A DNA stretch of 59,782 nt, the filler included, from Sphacelaria rigidula (lineage: Eukaryota): assembly GCA_964200075.2 (NCBI GenBank). It is 10 parts of 10 records of this genome, joined end to end, with 100 filler letters (N's around TTAATTAATTAA, not from the genome) between each part and the next. Parts side by side here need not be neighbours in the genome. Positions count along the whole stretch, not along the records: positions 1 to 5,889 come from CAXNAA020023708.1; positions 5,990 to 11,878 come from CAXNAA020023709.1; 8 more parts are not named here. One strand, written 5' to 3'. This document shows positions 1 through 11,978 of the stretch, piece after piece (position 1 is the stretch's first letter; each line of letters opens with the position of its first letter). A program made the position numbers and the translations under genes. Below the pieces are notes generated by a model that was not told where the DNA came from, made no database searches, and saw nothing but the letters and a program-made list of their open reading frames with translations.

Positions 1-22
1 GGCGGTGGGCGGGGGTGTCGGT

Positions 23-70
<48 letters not shown>

Positions 71-724
71 GGTTCCAGGAAAAAGAAGGGCCCATAGGTG
101 TGTCAGACGATCTAACACACTCGCGTTGCGCTTGTATTTGAGTCGAAACGGTGTCAAGCAGTATGTATGAGTACTATTTATCAGTAACGACAGCGTTTGA
201 ACAATGGTTGCCGCTTTCAACAACGATTTGTAGTCCAATTTCGTGGGGGAAATGGCTGAACCCCTCCCCCTTCACTTCGTAGTATGGCCCTAATCCGTTT
301 CTGTGTTCGTGATGCCGAGCTAACAGATAGCCTACGCTGGCGGTGAAGAACATGGACCAGGACATGCTCCGATTGCGAAATCACTCGAGATATATATCCC
401 TGGGGCATTGGAACCTTAATAGCGCTGGCGTGCCCTCACAAACTTCAGAAATCGTGTTTTTGGACGGAACAGAGAGTTTCCTTCTCAATTGTTCACACTT
501 GATAAATACTTCGCACAATCCTACGGTGGCATGACTCGGAATCCCTACTGGATACTAAAATAGAAACAATTAAGGGAGACGGATCGTCATACCACAACAT
601 CATCCAGCCCCATTTTTCGTGCGCGCACTTTTTCTACCGGAATAGTGAGGACTGTTTCCCGTATCCGTAGCGAGGACTGTTCCCCGTACAGAGAGGATCG
701 CTCCCAGTTCAGCCAGTAGTGCTT

Positions 725-1262
725 GAAGGGTCGGACGAATAGTCGTTCGTCTGAAAATCACTTAATGCTAGTGTGAGTTGTTCGTACCGTAGGAATCAAC
801 CCTTGGGCTTTGTTTTTCACCTTTGAACCCCAGGTACCCGCACGCGAGGCACGTGAAATGGCCCAAACTTTGCGTCGACATTTCTTTGATGGCCCTCGGT
901 CAACGTTTCTTTCTCTCTCTCGAACAATCAGTCCTCAGACATGGTAGATTTCACACGTCAGACAAGTCATGAGCTAACTGAATATTACTTCTTATTAGTG
1001 CACCGATCCGGATCAGGAGCTAGCTCATTTGGCCCCGCTTTCTACATTTGCTCCCCACAGCACATTGGTGGATGCCGAGCGCGTCGAGTAGCGCAAAGGT
1101 AGTACTTCGGCTTTCCGGACGCCGCTGTCGCGCAATTTGTGTTCTTAGACAAGGGATCTGAGAGTCGTCTTCGATTCGTTATTGGAGGTACTGCAGCTCA
1201 TGAGCTGTCCGAGATGTCGTGGATTTGGTGATTTGAACCACTGATGATTCGTCCGACCCTTG
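725..1262. mobile_element. Non-autonomous TIR element hosting a nested MITE
   Basis: Perfect 15-bp inverted repeat AAGGGTCGGACGAAT (726-740) / ATTCGTCCGACCCTT (1247-1261); no clear TSD. Confidence 0.55.
952..1218. mobile_element. MITE with CACACGTC(G/A)GA termini and 8-bp TSD (hAT- or P-type)
   Basis: Reverse-complement homolog of 24990-25249 over its whole length; flanks GTAGATTT (944-951) and GTGGATTT (1219-1226), 7/8 identical. Confidence 0.8.
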
Positions 1263-1380
1263 ATGATGACTGTTTCACACCCTGGATAATGGCAATACAT
1301 GATCAATGGGTGCAATAGACGGAAAATGTACTGGGTAAAGTATTGGCATGTTGCGACTGTTGTCGACTATTGACCATGCA

Positions 1381-2410
1381 CTTCCTCTGTCCCATTAGTT
1401 TGGTCGGTCATATTTTTACGAGCCCTTACCCGTGTCCGATCTGATTTTCGATATTTTTTTCGATTTCTCGGCTGTTTTCGAGTTAGAAGGATATCTTTTT
1501 TGCAGATAGCTGTTGAACTATGCCACCGAACGGCCGCAGGAAAATTAGTCGCCCCAAAAACGGCCATACTTCGCCCCTTCAATAGGGGCAAAAAAAAAGT
1601 CAGGAAAAAATAACTGTTCGGTAGAGGAAATTCCAGATCGTCTCGTCCACCTGATCGCAGATGAAGTCGATTCGGCGAAGCTTCTGAGCAGGGGAAAGGG
1701 ACGGTTTGATGCGGCGAGCCACCTTTGCCGCCCCTTCTCCCTTGAACCACCGCCGCACGGTCTCCATACCGTAATCCAGCCCGATTTGTCTTCCAGCTGA
1801 TCGGAGACTTGCCAGAGCGTAAATGACCGATTCGATTCTGCTTTTTGATGTTCTTCAGCGCCGCAACCTTGGTTGGCGTGAGGAGCGACGGGCGTCCAGT
1901 CCTCGTGTTGTTCAAAAGGTCGACCTCCTAGGTAGCGTTGATCTGGGCTTTGGCTTTTTTCCGCAATTTCGTCGGGTACTCGGGACCAACACCGTAGCGT
2001 TCGCAAAGCAACCCCAGCGAGCCCTTGAGCACCCTCATCTTGCCCGGTGGCAACCTCCATCGCAATCGCATAGCGGCGACCCAAATGCAGCTCGCCACCC
2101 GTTTGCCGACGGGGAGCAGGAGGTACTCGGGGGCAAGTCATCGTACTGTGATGTCTGCGGGCTAAGTGTGGGATGTTCAACACGACTGCTCAAAACAAAT
2201 CTGAAAAAACGCCTAGTAAGATTTATCTAAATAAAGCCAAAATGGGGTATATTCTGACCTAATTGTAGTACTTGAAACGACTTTTTTTTTCTCTTCAACT
2301 TTGTACGCGCTTCATCTTTCCATATAACGCACCTATAAGTTCATCATCCACACCGTTGCACCCAAACAAGAAACCGCCTTTAACCGACCAGACTTACGGG
2401 ACAGAGGAAG
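1381..2410 (-). mobile_element. Internally deleted Tc1/mariner element (plant mariner/Stowaway-like TIRs)
   Basis: TIRs CTTCCTCTGTCCCATTAGTTTGGTCGGT (1381-1408) and ACCGACCAGACTTACGGGACAGAGGAAG (2383-2410) resemble the CTCCCTCCGTCCC Stowaway terminus; transposase remnant inside. Confidence 0.85.
1620..2110 (-). pseudogene. Mariner-like transposase N-terminal/HTH fragment, frameshifted, DDD catalytic domain missing
   Basis: Joined frames read ...VLKGSLGLLCERYGVGPEYPTKL...NNTRTGRPSLLTPTKVAAL...FTLWQVSDQL...YGMETVRRWFK...RRIKPSLSPAQKLRRIDFICDQVD; the GRP motif and the IKPxLxxxxKxxRxxF motif are typical of plant-type (DD39D) mariners. Confidence 0.75.
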
Positions 2411-5159
2411 TCTTGTCCAGGATGGGGACCGTTTCGGGTGATGGGTACCCAATCCTCACTCTCCTCACCGTCGAGTTCAGTGATACGCATGAGTTTACCA
2501 AAATCAATCGCTCGGGGGCACAACAAATTCATGTCTTCTTTGCGCTCGAGCAAACTAGCCCGTGTCGACCACGGAGACCAAGAAGAAATGACGCAAAAGA
2601 GTAACATCCCGATCCCTACAGGCTTGCGGCGCGACCTATTTCCAGGTGGGGTATGCGAATAAGAGCGAGCTGGTCGCGAACGCCCCCAGAGCCAAATCTG
2701 CAAGAAACTCAATTTTAGATGCTGAGCAGACTAAACAACAATCGTACTCCACAGCAGCTCACACCAGGGCAGTAACACCGAACAGATTTGTCTTGTAGTA
2801 GGACAGGATACCGCAATGTGGGCGTTGATGAGTTCTCTGCTCGACATTACCGGGAACAATTTTAAGTGAATCGTCTTTTCTCGAAGCCCCTCTTTGAGGC
2901 AGTTTCTCAAAGTACAAAAACAATATGTCGATGCTGCGGCGTCTTCGACAACAGGTCATCAGCTGAGGGTTCAAACGTAATCCTGCCATGTGTGTGTGCG
3001 ACTACGTAGCCACAACTGACAGTAATAGTATTATATCGTACAGGGCTTGTTGTGCTATGTATAGTTGACAAGTTGTACGATACAGGAACACTCCTACTAC
3101 TCGTGCCGCCGCCTCGATAGCCTGCACAGTACACAGTGCGTACAGACAGCGTTGTGTCTTGTACAAGAGCAGTGCAATAGGCGGTATTCTCGATAGCAAG
3201 CAGCTGATGCGTATACAGTCCGTGTGTTGAGAGCATCCATTCAATCGAGCATGCGCAGTGCTTGGTTGACCAAGAACCCAATACGCCTGTCGGCTTTTCA
3301 ATATCGAGTAGAGAGCTCATCGCCGCCGACGTATGTGGTCTCCTGCCCTACGACAACATTTTTTCTTGCCTGCCCTACTGTGGACTGCTGTGGACTGCTG
3401 TGGAGTACGACTGACCGTTGTTTCGTGTGTGCAGCATTTCGATTTGAAATGTGTTTATTGTGGATTTGGTTCTGGAGGCGTTTGCGACCTGCGCACTCTT
3501 ATTTGCATACTGTGTCAAAACCAATTTTTGGGTTTTGTGAAAAAAACAAAATGCAAAAGTTTTTTCCAGTCACGCGACGAAACTGTCTACTTAAATTGTT
3601 TGGACTACCCGGGACGCATACATTATTTTATTCATTTCTTGAGGCATTCCGCACTGGCTTCCGGAGGTCTTCACGCCACAACCCCTGGGAGCCGGTAAAG
3701 AGCTGGGAAACTTGAGCATTTTTTCTCACCACTGCATTTATTCTGTTCATCTGTTCTATCTTCTGTTTTTTCCACACTTTTCTTCAGTGAATGTTTCAGT
3801 TTTGTTCTGTCTAGGGTACGTCAACCATGTGGATAATCACCACGACTGGATCATGACTCCTGGGGGATAAGTTACGTGCGACGATCGATCAAATCTTTTT
3901 TTTTTGGAGCACCGTTATCCACCAAGCTGCCAACTTTTAGGGCGGTCGGAGCTTTTCTACGACAGATGTAAGGGAAACCGTCAGGAGACTTTCGTGATAT
4001 TTGCTGCATATCATCGATGGAAATACGACGACGCCAAAACACCACGTCACCGAGATATCACGGTTTGAGGTATTATTCGATCCCATAGTGACCATTTTGA
4101 AAGTTGTTTTCCTCACGATAGATTTCCGAGCTGAAGGTGACTAATACGACTTGAAGCATGTGGAGATCGGGTAAAAACTGTGTGGGGGTATTCGTGCTTC
4201 TAATTTCGAACAGTTTGAATGACGATGATTTGTCGACGTACCTTTCTCCCCTTAGCGCCACCGCTATGGTCTTGAACAAAACTCCGGCTCTACCACCCTC
4301 TCACCCCTTTTGGAACTCGCGAAAAACAGTACAAACTCCCATAAGCGAGTATTCGACACCGGAAAAGTGTCACTTCGAGTTCGGTGTACGAATATGTCAC
4401 ATTAGTACGCTTGAACTCAGAGTGGTGCACCGTTTTGGTGGGCTGCATCATCAACACTTGCAGGAAAACGACCATATCTTGCCCAGGACAACGTCAATCG
4501 TAAATCGTCACTTTTCCATCAACGGTTCCAAAAGGGTTTAGCTGTCCATATATGCGACAATTGACGATTGGGTAGGTCTTGCGAATGGCATTCACAAACT
4601 AGTTAATCTCGGGCGACAAGCCTGAACAAAGCCTGTTATTTTTGACAAGTCGAAGCTCATCTCTTGATACGGTAGAGCCTGCTGAAAGGGTTGAGGATTC
4701 ATGAAAAAAAAACAGACCATTTTTCAAATTTTCAATGCTCCGCGCTCTCACCCCACCCTTGCACCCACCTGTGGCTGCTTCAGCAGGTCTACTTGCCCCA
4801 ACTGCCCTTTCCGGCTGCTTCACGTATTGCTCCTGCTGCGGCTGGTGCTTAAGATCCCCACCACCTATGACCACGCCCTTTTCGCCCCTGTCCTTGCCTT
4901 CTACGGCGGCGGTGACCTCCTTGTCCGTCATTGGTTCAGTCAAAGCAGCAAACGATACGGGATCATCATGCGATGCGGGACGTGTTGGACCCTCCAGGGC
5001 TACGACACCACCTTGGAGCACAGCTTCTAGATCGCCTTGGAACACGGTTCCTAGATCTACACCCGAACTTCTCGAGGTGGATGCTGGAATAATTTGAGTT
5101 TGGGGTGGGGGACGGAATGTGTGAAGTGAGAGGCTTGGCTGAAGAAGGGGGGGGGTTGT

Positions 5160-5690
5160 TCTCATGATGTTGCATGCCGCAGTCATACGACCATTGACCT
5201 CGAATCCCTACCAGGCCGGGATGGAGCACGCCGGGTCGTCGCCGCACCAGGCTCACTATCAGTCACAAGCACAGAGCGCCGTGATGTGCTCGGCGAGTCG
5301 CATGGAGAATGAGCTGCATCCTGCTCCGATTTTTCGGCCTGAAGCCTACTGATTATTTTGCATATGGATCACAGCCTACAGTGAGATGCTTCATTTTCTG
5401 GTATCGCTGCTTCTAGAGACAGCCACGGGTCACACACTGTCTCATGAGTGTCTCATCATTCCAACACTACGTAGTACGATCATCCCCTTTGCGCGGAGTT
5501 GAGGTTCTCTTATCCCGCAAAACATCTAGCTCGACCACCATCATGATTCCCGCGAAAAAGAAATGCAAGCAAAGACAAAACGGTTACCTCGTTCCCTCGC
5601 TTACGCAGTGAGTGGCTTGTTTTCCAGCGTCGTTGCCAACCGACGCCAACTCCATAGGGAGAGGGTGCGGTACGCCAGCTCAGTTGCACA
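5160..5690 (+). repeat. Unclassified interspersed repeat (~500 bp)
   Basis: Aligns by eye with the reverse complement of 49480-49975 on another contig; part also at 29772-29820. Confidence 0.75.
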
Positions 5691-5889
5691 CACAAGATAT
5701 TCTTTGGCACAAACTCTGCTGCGACCTCACCACTCCCTCCCCTACGAGATTGTCATTTTGGATCATGACCATGGTTTGTGTCACTAACCTCGTACCTAAC
5801 GCTTGTCCTGTAAAGGGGGTATGTCAGATGGAGCAGTTGCTCACCAAGAGTGATATTTGCGCGAAGGGGAAGCTTGTATCTACTTCCCT

Positions 5890-5989
5890 NNNNNNNNNNN
5901 NNNNNNNNNNNNNNNNNNNNNNNNNNNNNNNNNTTAATTAATTAANNNNNNNNNNNNNNNNNNNNNNNNNNNNNNNNNNNNNNNNNNNN
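5890..5989. other. Artificial contig linker (N44-TTAATTAATTAA-N44)
   Basis: 100-bp spacer with stops in all six frames; recurs identically every ~5988 bp. Confidence 0.99.
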
Positions 5990-6713
5990 CCTAACATTAC
6001 TCCTACAGGCGCACCGCGGGTGTGGCAGGTCTTCTGAAACACCTATGAGCCTCTTTTCTCGTGCAATCCCATATCCCCCCCCCCCCCCTATCGTAGGATA
6101 AAACTCACAAGATAGACGTCCAAAGGTGAACAAAATGGGAAATCTTGTTGAAAAAGGTGACGAAGACAGGAAGGTGGAACAGGCAGAGTAGACTGAAAGA
6201 ATCGAAAATGAAAATTGAAAAATAAAAAGTAAATAGAGATATAATAAGAAAGCAAAGAGAAAAGAGCAAACAGCAAACAGCAAACAGCAAACAGCAGAAA
6301 GCAAGAGAAAGATAAGGGGTAAACAAACATAAAATTAACCGGCCTCGGCAACATGGCTTAAGGACAGCGTCTTGCGCAAAAGGCCACGTACTCATATCCA
6401 ATCGAAAACAATGAAGCCGTGGGAACAGGTTGCGCCTCAGTTATTTCGACCACACTATTTTAGGTATGAACTATCGCCCATGAAACCCACAAAAGCGAAA
6501 AACCAAACAGTTCAGCAACATCATCAAAAGAGAGACCAACGATACATGATTGCATACCTTTAGTGGCATTGGCAGAAAAGGTGACCACCAGCATTGCCGA
6601 ACCTGCGTGAGAAACAGCAACCGGACACCAATTCATTGACCACGAATTGATGGATGGGAACTGCAGCGGATACGCCGTCGGAGTGGTGTCGAAAATGTGT
6701 TCGTGGTGCAGGC

Positions 6714-6955
6714 TGTTGGAATACAGAGACCGTAGTACAAGACACGGCTCGTGTGAGCCATGTGTGGAGCATGACTCTTTACACTATATGTATGATATAG
6801 ATGCGTGTATATTTTAAATGGCCGAAGGAGCTACGATGTGCTCGAAGCCAATGAAATACTCCGAGTTTTCTTTACCTGCGCCAGCTATGTAAAGGATGAA
6901 TACAGGCTGTACTGTAGCCTAATTCCCTCAGTCTGCTACCACAGATATACTGTCA
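6714..6955 (+). repeat. 5' LTR (TGTTGG...TGTCA)
   Basis: Colinear with 10807-11047 (TGTTGGAATRCAGAGAC...CCAATGAAA...CAGATAT). Confidence 0.9.
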
Positions 6956-6966
6956 GGTTATGGGCC
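6956..6966 (+). promoter_or_regulatory. Primer binding site GGTTATGGGCC (internal/half initiator tRNA-Met type)
   Basis: Immediately follows the LTR-terminal CA; same sequence as the Drosophila copia-type PBS. Confidence 0.8.
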
Positions 6967-7014
6967 TACGCATTGGGACCGACTCGGGGTCGACCTCCGC
7001 TTTCCGTCGAGGAT

Positions 7015-10000
7015 ATGCCCCGTTTAAAGGGAAGTCCCATGAGGTTTATGGTTGAAGTAGTGAGAGCGCACGGATTGATTGGAGGGGCTGAGTATGGTGA
7101 TGGACGTAGGGCATATCTTGCACTTCTCACACCAAGTACCGACATGTAGGTCAAGCGCGCAAACAGAAGTTGCAAGACAAACGTACCGTCACCAGGGTGA
7201 CTGCATAAGAAGGATACGATCATTCCCTTGTGATTCAACAGTTACGCCGATATTTCTTGAAATTGCTGTACTCAGACACAGCGCAATTTTAAGCTGGTTA
7301 GGAACACGCCTTGTTTAAAGCATTGCGTCACTCCCATGATGAGTCGTTGAAAGCTGCAATCCTATGCGATCAACAACGAGATCCTATTGTTACTTCGACG
7401 ATATCGCATCGCCAGCTTTGGCATTTTGTCCTGTTTCACTCCGGAGGAATATGCAGGCGGGTAATTGATCGCGTGGAGGCTCAAACGACTAACATCCTCT
7501 GAACATCATCACACATGTGGGCGACTGCGGTCGTCACCGCAGCCACGGTCGTACACGCGGGTGCGGACGAGGTCGGAACGCTCATTCGGGGAGGAAGTCG
7601 AACCCTCCAGACGCGTCGAGCAGCGTCAACACGGCAAGTGGTCAAGCTGGTAACCCTTCTGCTTCCAGCCAGGGAGAACGTCGGAATGATCGGAGCGGAG
7701 TGGATCGCCACGGGCGTTAGCAATACTATCGCGTGTCAACCGCGCACAACTGGGAAAGGCGCCACTGCGTCAGGAGCACAATCGTGCGGACGACGAGACT
7801 CCGGCAACGCAGCAAGCCAACGTTGTATCGATCTCCTCCGTGTCAGAAACAGCGCCCTTCGCCTGGTATACGCGGGTTGTGGATCAAGAGGAAGCGTCTG
7901 GTGCCATGGACTTCAAGGCTGCTATAGGCGACTATGATGGTGGCCACCCGATCGGTAAAGGCTTAGATGAGGACGTCGCGATGACCGTGGTGCCGAAAGG
8001 TGCCATCTTGTATCTCCAGATCGTGATGGCCGTGATGATTGCCACCCGAGCGTTAAGCGCTTAACACGAAGGCGGTGACGACAACGATTGTTACCACGGT
8101 TGACGAGCCCGCGAGCCGCTAGACCATAAACAAGGCCTCTCCAGCACAACAGCATTTTGCCTAGCGTTTCTCGCCATGGTGGAGGAAGAGACGGGCTCGG
8201 TGGGGGCAAACACTATATTCATCGACTGTGCTACGACGGCACACATGCTCTCGACAAAGCCTAGTATGGAAAACCATGCGGTCGACACGATCGGCTGCCG
8301 GATCCGCATGGATGATTCGTGCGGACACGCACTTGCCGAACGCAAAGGTACGCAAAATTCCCGTATTTGGGGTGACAAAGAGAAACCTGTTCCTCTCAGT
8401 CTGGACGTACTGATCATGCCGGAGCTAGATACCGATATGTTTCTGTGCGAGCGTTGCACGAGAAGGGAGTTGGTGTCGTAGCTGCATCGTAGCTGTCCCA
8501 ATATCGACCGAAATGCCAAGGACATCTGTTCCCCCGCTACTACCAAATAAGCAGCCGCAGCGGTTTTATCGTACCGTGGCCGCAGCTGCTCTTTGGCATC
8601 GCTGAATAGGGTGTTGTAACTCCCGCGCGCTGAAACAACTCGCTGACAGTAAGTCTACTGCAGTCATCTTTACATAGAACATCAAGCCGGGTGATCGCGA
8701 TCTTTGCTTACTGCCGAAGAGCAAAACACCACCACAGCCGTCTTCCGATCGACCACGTGACAAGAAGCGCCTGGAACTGGTTCACGTCGAATTATAGGGC
8801 AAGGATGCTGTGGAGTCATATGGGTGAAATTCACTTCTCGCCATGTTCACCAATGATAGCTCGGAGAAAAAATGGGTGTTTTGCATCAAGTCCAAGGATG
8901 ACGCAGCAGAAGCATTCTAGCTAGGAAGTTGCCTACCCGGAGGATCTATCCTGCAGCACAATCAGGTGTGACGGAGATGGAGAGTTCGAAGGTTGCTTTG
9001 AGCACTTGGCGACGGCCCTGGGGATCAAAAGTACGACGAATGCACCGTATAATGCTGAAGGAAATGCAATCGCTGAGCGAGGATTTGGTATCCGCATCGG
9101 TATCACACGGAGGCTTATGCTGAGCGCCCCTCACCTTTTCACCACACTTCGGGCTGAGGCCGTGAAGACGGAGGTGCATTTCCTCAATCACACGCTGACT
9201 TTCGTCCTGGATGGCAAGGCTTCCCTGGAGTTATGGTTGAACAAGCTCCTTGACAGTCTGAAACATCTACACGAGTGGTGTTGCGCCGCCTTCAAACACG
9301 TAGAGGAACACCAAAGGAACGGTAAACTGACGCCACGTGCCGTCAAAATGAATCTCGTGGGATACAAGACCAAAATCATGACCTATGGGCCCTGGGACCG
9401 TGAAAAAAACCCGAAATATCACTAGCAGTACAGAGGTCGAATTTCATGAGAGGAACCTCGGGATATCACGACACCTCGGAATGAATCAGATTATTTTCCG
9501 AAAGACTACGAACCGCAGGAAACCCTGGATGGACTTGCGCCGGAGGGCACGACGCCGATATCGCAGGCAGCGCCGGCAGCCACGGCAGCGCCTCCAATCA
9601 GGAAGAATTCGCGCATACGAGGACTACCGACTCGTGGGCGACATTGGTAATTGAAAGTCGATGTACAAGATGAATCCTCAGATCATACGGAGTACGTGCT
9701 GATGACAGCAACAGGTTTAGCTTCGGATTGTCTCATCCAGGAAGCACACCGTCTCAACCTCTGTTGCGTTTACGGCATGAACGATGGAAGCGCCATTCGT
9801 CTAGTTTACGAAGATGACATCCTAACGAGTATCAGTGGCGAGTTTAAAATTGACGAGGTCATCTACAAGTTCAAGAGCAGGTTTCAGACCGTGGGTCTCA
9901 GTGGCACCAACTCTTTACTTGGTATCCAAATCACCTGTGATGACGACGCCGGATCCGTCACGCTCACCCAAGAGGGATACGCAAAATCGATTATCAAAAC

Positions 10001-10786
10001 ATACGGCATGAGCGACCCACGGCCACTGAAGACGCCAGTTCAAGGTGAAGGGACGATCGAGATACTCAAAAAGGGTGTTATGCCGCCAAAGGACACGGGA
10101 TACTATCGTTCAGTTACCGGAGGTTTACTCTACCTGAGCAGATTCACAAGACCTGATACGACACACGTGGTCATGGTGCTGACCAGGAGCATGTCTACGC
10201 CAGGACCGAATGCCTTCGTCAGACTGAAGCGAGCCATGTGATACCTGAAGGGGACGATTGATTTCCGGGTGAGGTAAAACTCGGACCTCGACCTCGGAGG
10301 AGAGTTGAGTGCATACGTAGATTTGCGACTGTGCCGGAGACCAAGAAAAGGGTCCTCAACGACAGGCGCGGTCTTCTACTTTGAAGGCAGACCGATTCCC
10401 TGGACTTCAATACTGCAGACAGTAGTCAGTACTTCAACAATTGAAGCGGAATACGTAGCCTTGTCTAAGGATGATCACACGACAATTAAGTAGTGAAATT
10501 TCCCCGGAACCATCGGATTCGATCAATGATATCACACCATTATTCGGGAGAACGACATGGATGAGATCAGGATCAATAAGGCTGGGTCGGTTTCACCCGG
10601 TACCGAACACATAGACACCACTTTTCCACAACGGAAGATGGCTCACTGCAAAACAAGACAGTAGCTGTGAGATACATCGACACGATCTGCAGCTGGCGGA
10701 TATATTTACCAAAGGTCTGGGGTAAATGAAGTGTCTACCCGATCGAATGATGCTCATGGAAAGCCCGGATTTCGTCGTCACAAGTT
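7015..10786 (+). pseudogene. Copia gag-pol pseudogene (protease, integrase, partial RT, RNase H)
   Basis: IFIDCATTAHM (PR), LWHR, APYNAEGNAIAERGFG and AEAVKTEVHFLN (IN), LVYEDDIL and YRSVTGGLLYLSRFTRPD (RT), STSTIEAEYVALS and QLADIFTKGL (RH); many stops and frameshifts; N-terminal part of RT appears deleted; start approximate. Confidence 0.9.
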
Positions 10787-10797
10787 AGGCAGCTTTT

Positions 10798-10806
10798 GAG
10801 AGGAGA
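10798..10806 (+). promoter_or_regulatory. Polypurine tract
   Basis: GAGAGGAGA directly before the 3' LTR TG. Confidence 0.75.
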
Positions 10807-11047
10807 TGTTGGAATGCAGAGACTGCAGCACGAGAGCGACTCTTATGAGTCGTGTGTGGGGCACTGTATGTTCCTACAGTATTTGCATCCTGTAGAGCCG
10901 TGTATATTTGAATCTGCTGGAAGAGGTACGGTATACTCGAACCCAATGAAACACTCCAAGTTTTCTTCTCCTGCGTCAGCTACGTTAGGCTGCACACAGG
11001 GTGTACGAGTATTCTTCACTCCCTCTAATACTACAGATATTTTGTTA
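10807..11047 (+). repeat. 3' LTR
   Basis: Homologous to 6714-6955; followed by TSD CAGGC. Confidence 0.9.
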
Positions 11048-11878
11048 CAGGCGACGCACCACTTAACCTTTTATGCTTCTGCGCTCCCCAGACACTTCAG
11101 GAGTACGTAGGGAAAATCTCGTGGATCACCCGTTCAAAACCAGTCCGGATCCTCCTGCACCCGACCGCAGACGACTACCTGGAGATTGTGCTGAGTGCAG
11201 TCGAACCAGCCTTCAACCACCTCAAGCAGACGTGTGGATCTGATACACATCCTCGTCCCTCCCTACCCCCTCGCAACAAATGTAACCCTTCCGGCAGGGG
11301 GGAACAAAACCCGATAGTGAATACATACATGACTCGTCACAAAAGCCCGGCACCCAGTCGTCGCAACAGACACAACGCATCCAATAGGGAGATATCCTTC
11401 TATAATAGTAGTACACTCATGACTCGTATGCAGTAGCCCAGCATTCAGTTTCCCATCCATCCGGACAACTTCGCGCTGCGACCCCAAGCATATTAAGTTA
11501 CTCGTCGACGACCGTATGGACAGGGTTTTGTATCGTTCCCTTTTCCTGAGGGTCATGCTATTAAATACATGGACGTCCATGGACCCACGGACGCCCATGT
11601 ATTTAGTTACTGTAAATGACCTCAATTTGAAGAGCTGTCAGGGTTTGCCCCATAAGCTCCGTATAAACACAACAACACCTGGAATACACTCGCACAGTTC
11701 GTAGCCATCGTTAACGCCATCGCACGGCGCAAATATCCCCGGAGCGGACGGGAATAACGCGCTTGCTACAAGCTGCCGAGAGATACCGCACGCAACGCAG
11801 ATGTATGCGAATAACAGCCGATTTTCGAAAATGGGGTTGAAAAAAAAAATGAGGTTCAACTCAAAAGCCGTGCTTTCC

Positions 11879-11978
11879 NNNNNNNNNNNNNNNNNNNNNN
11901 NNNNNNNNNNNNNNNNNNNNNNTTAATTAATTAANNNNNNNNNNNNNNNNNNNNNNNNNNNNNNNNNNNNNNNNNNNN
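11879..11978. other. Artificial contig linker
   Basis: Same N44-TTAATTAATTAA-N44 spacer. Confidence 0.99.

Larger units (their letters stand above)
6714..11047 (+). mobile_element. Complete, decayed Ty1/copia LTR retrotransposon
   Basis: Two homologous LTRs, perfect 5-bp TSD CAGGC (6709-6713 and 11048-11052), PBS, PPT, and PR-IN-RT-RH domain order. Confidence 0.93.

Noticed and set aside
24..68. Long poly-G tracts (also 18313-18345 and 29956-29975) as G-quadruplex elements
   Set aside because: They lie at or near contig ends; lengths are unreliable and may be sequencing artefacts
5934..5945. TTAATTAATTAA as a piggyBac target or regulatory motif
   Set aside because: Part of the artificial linker
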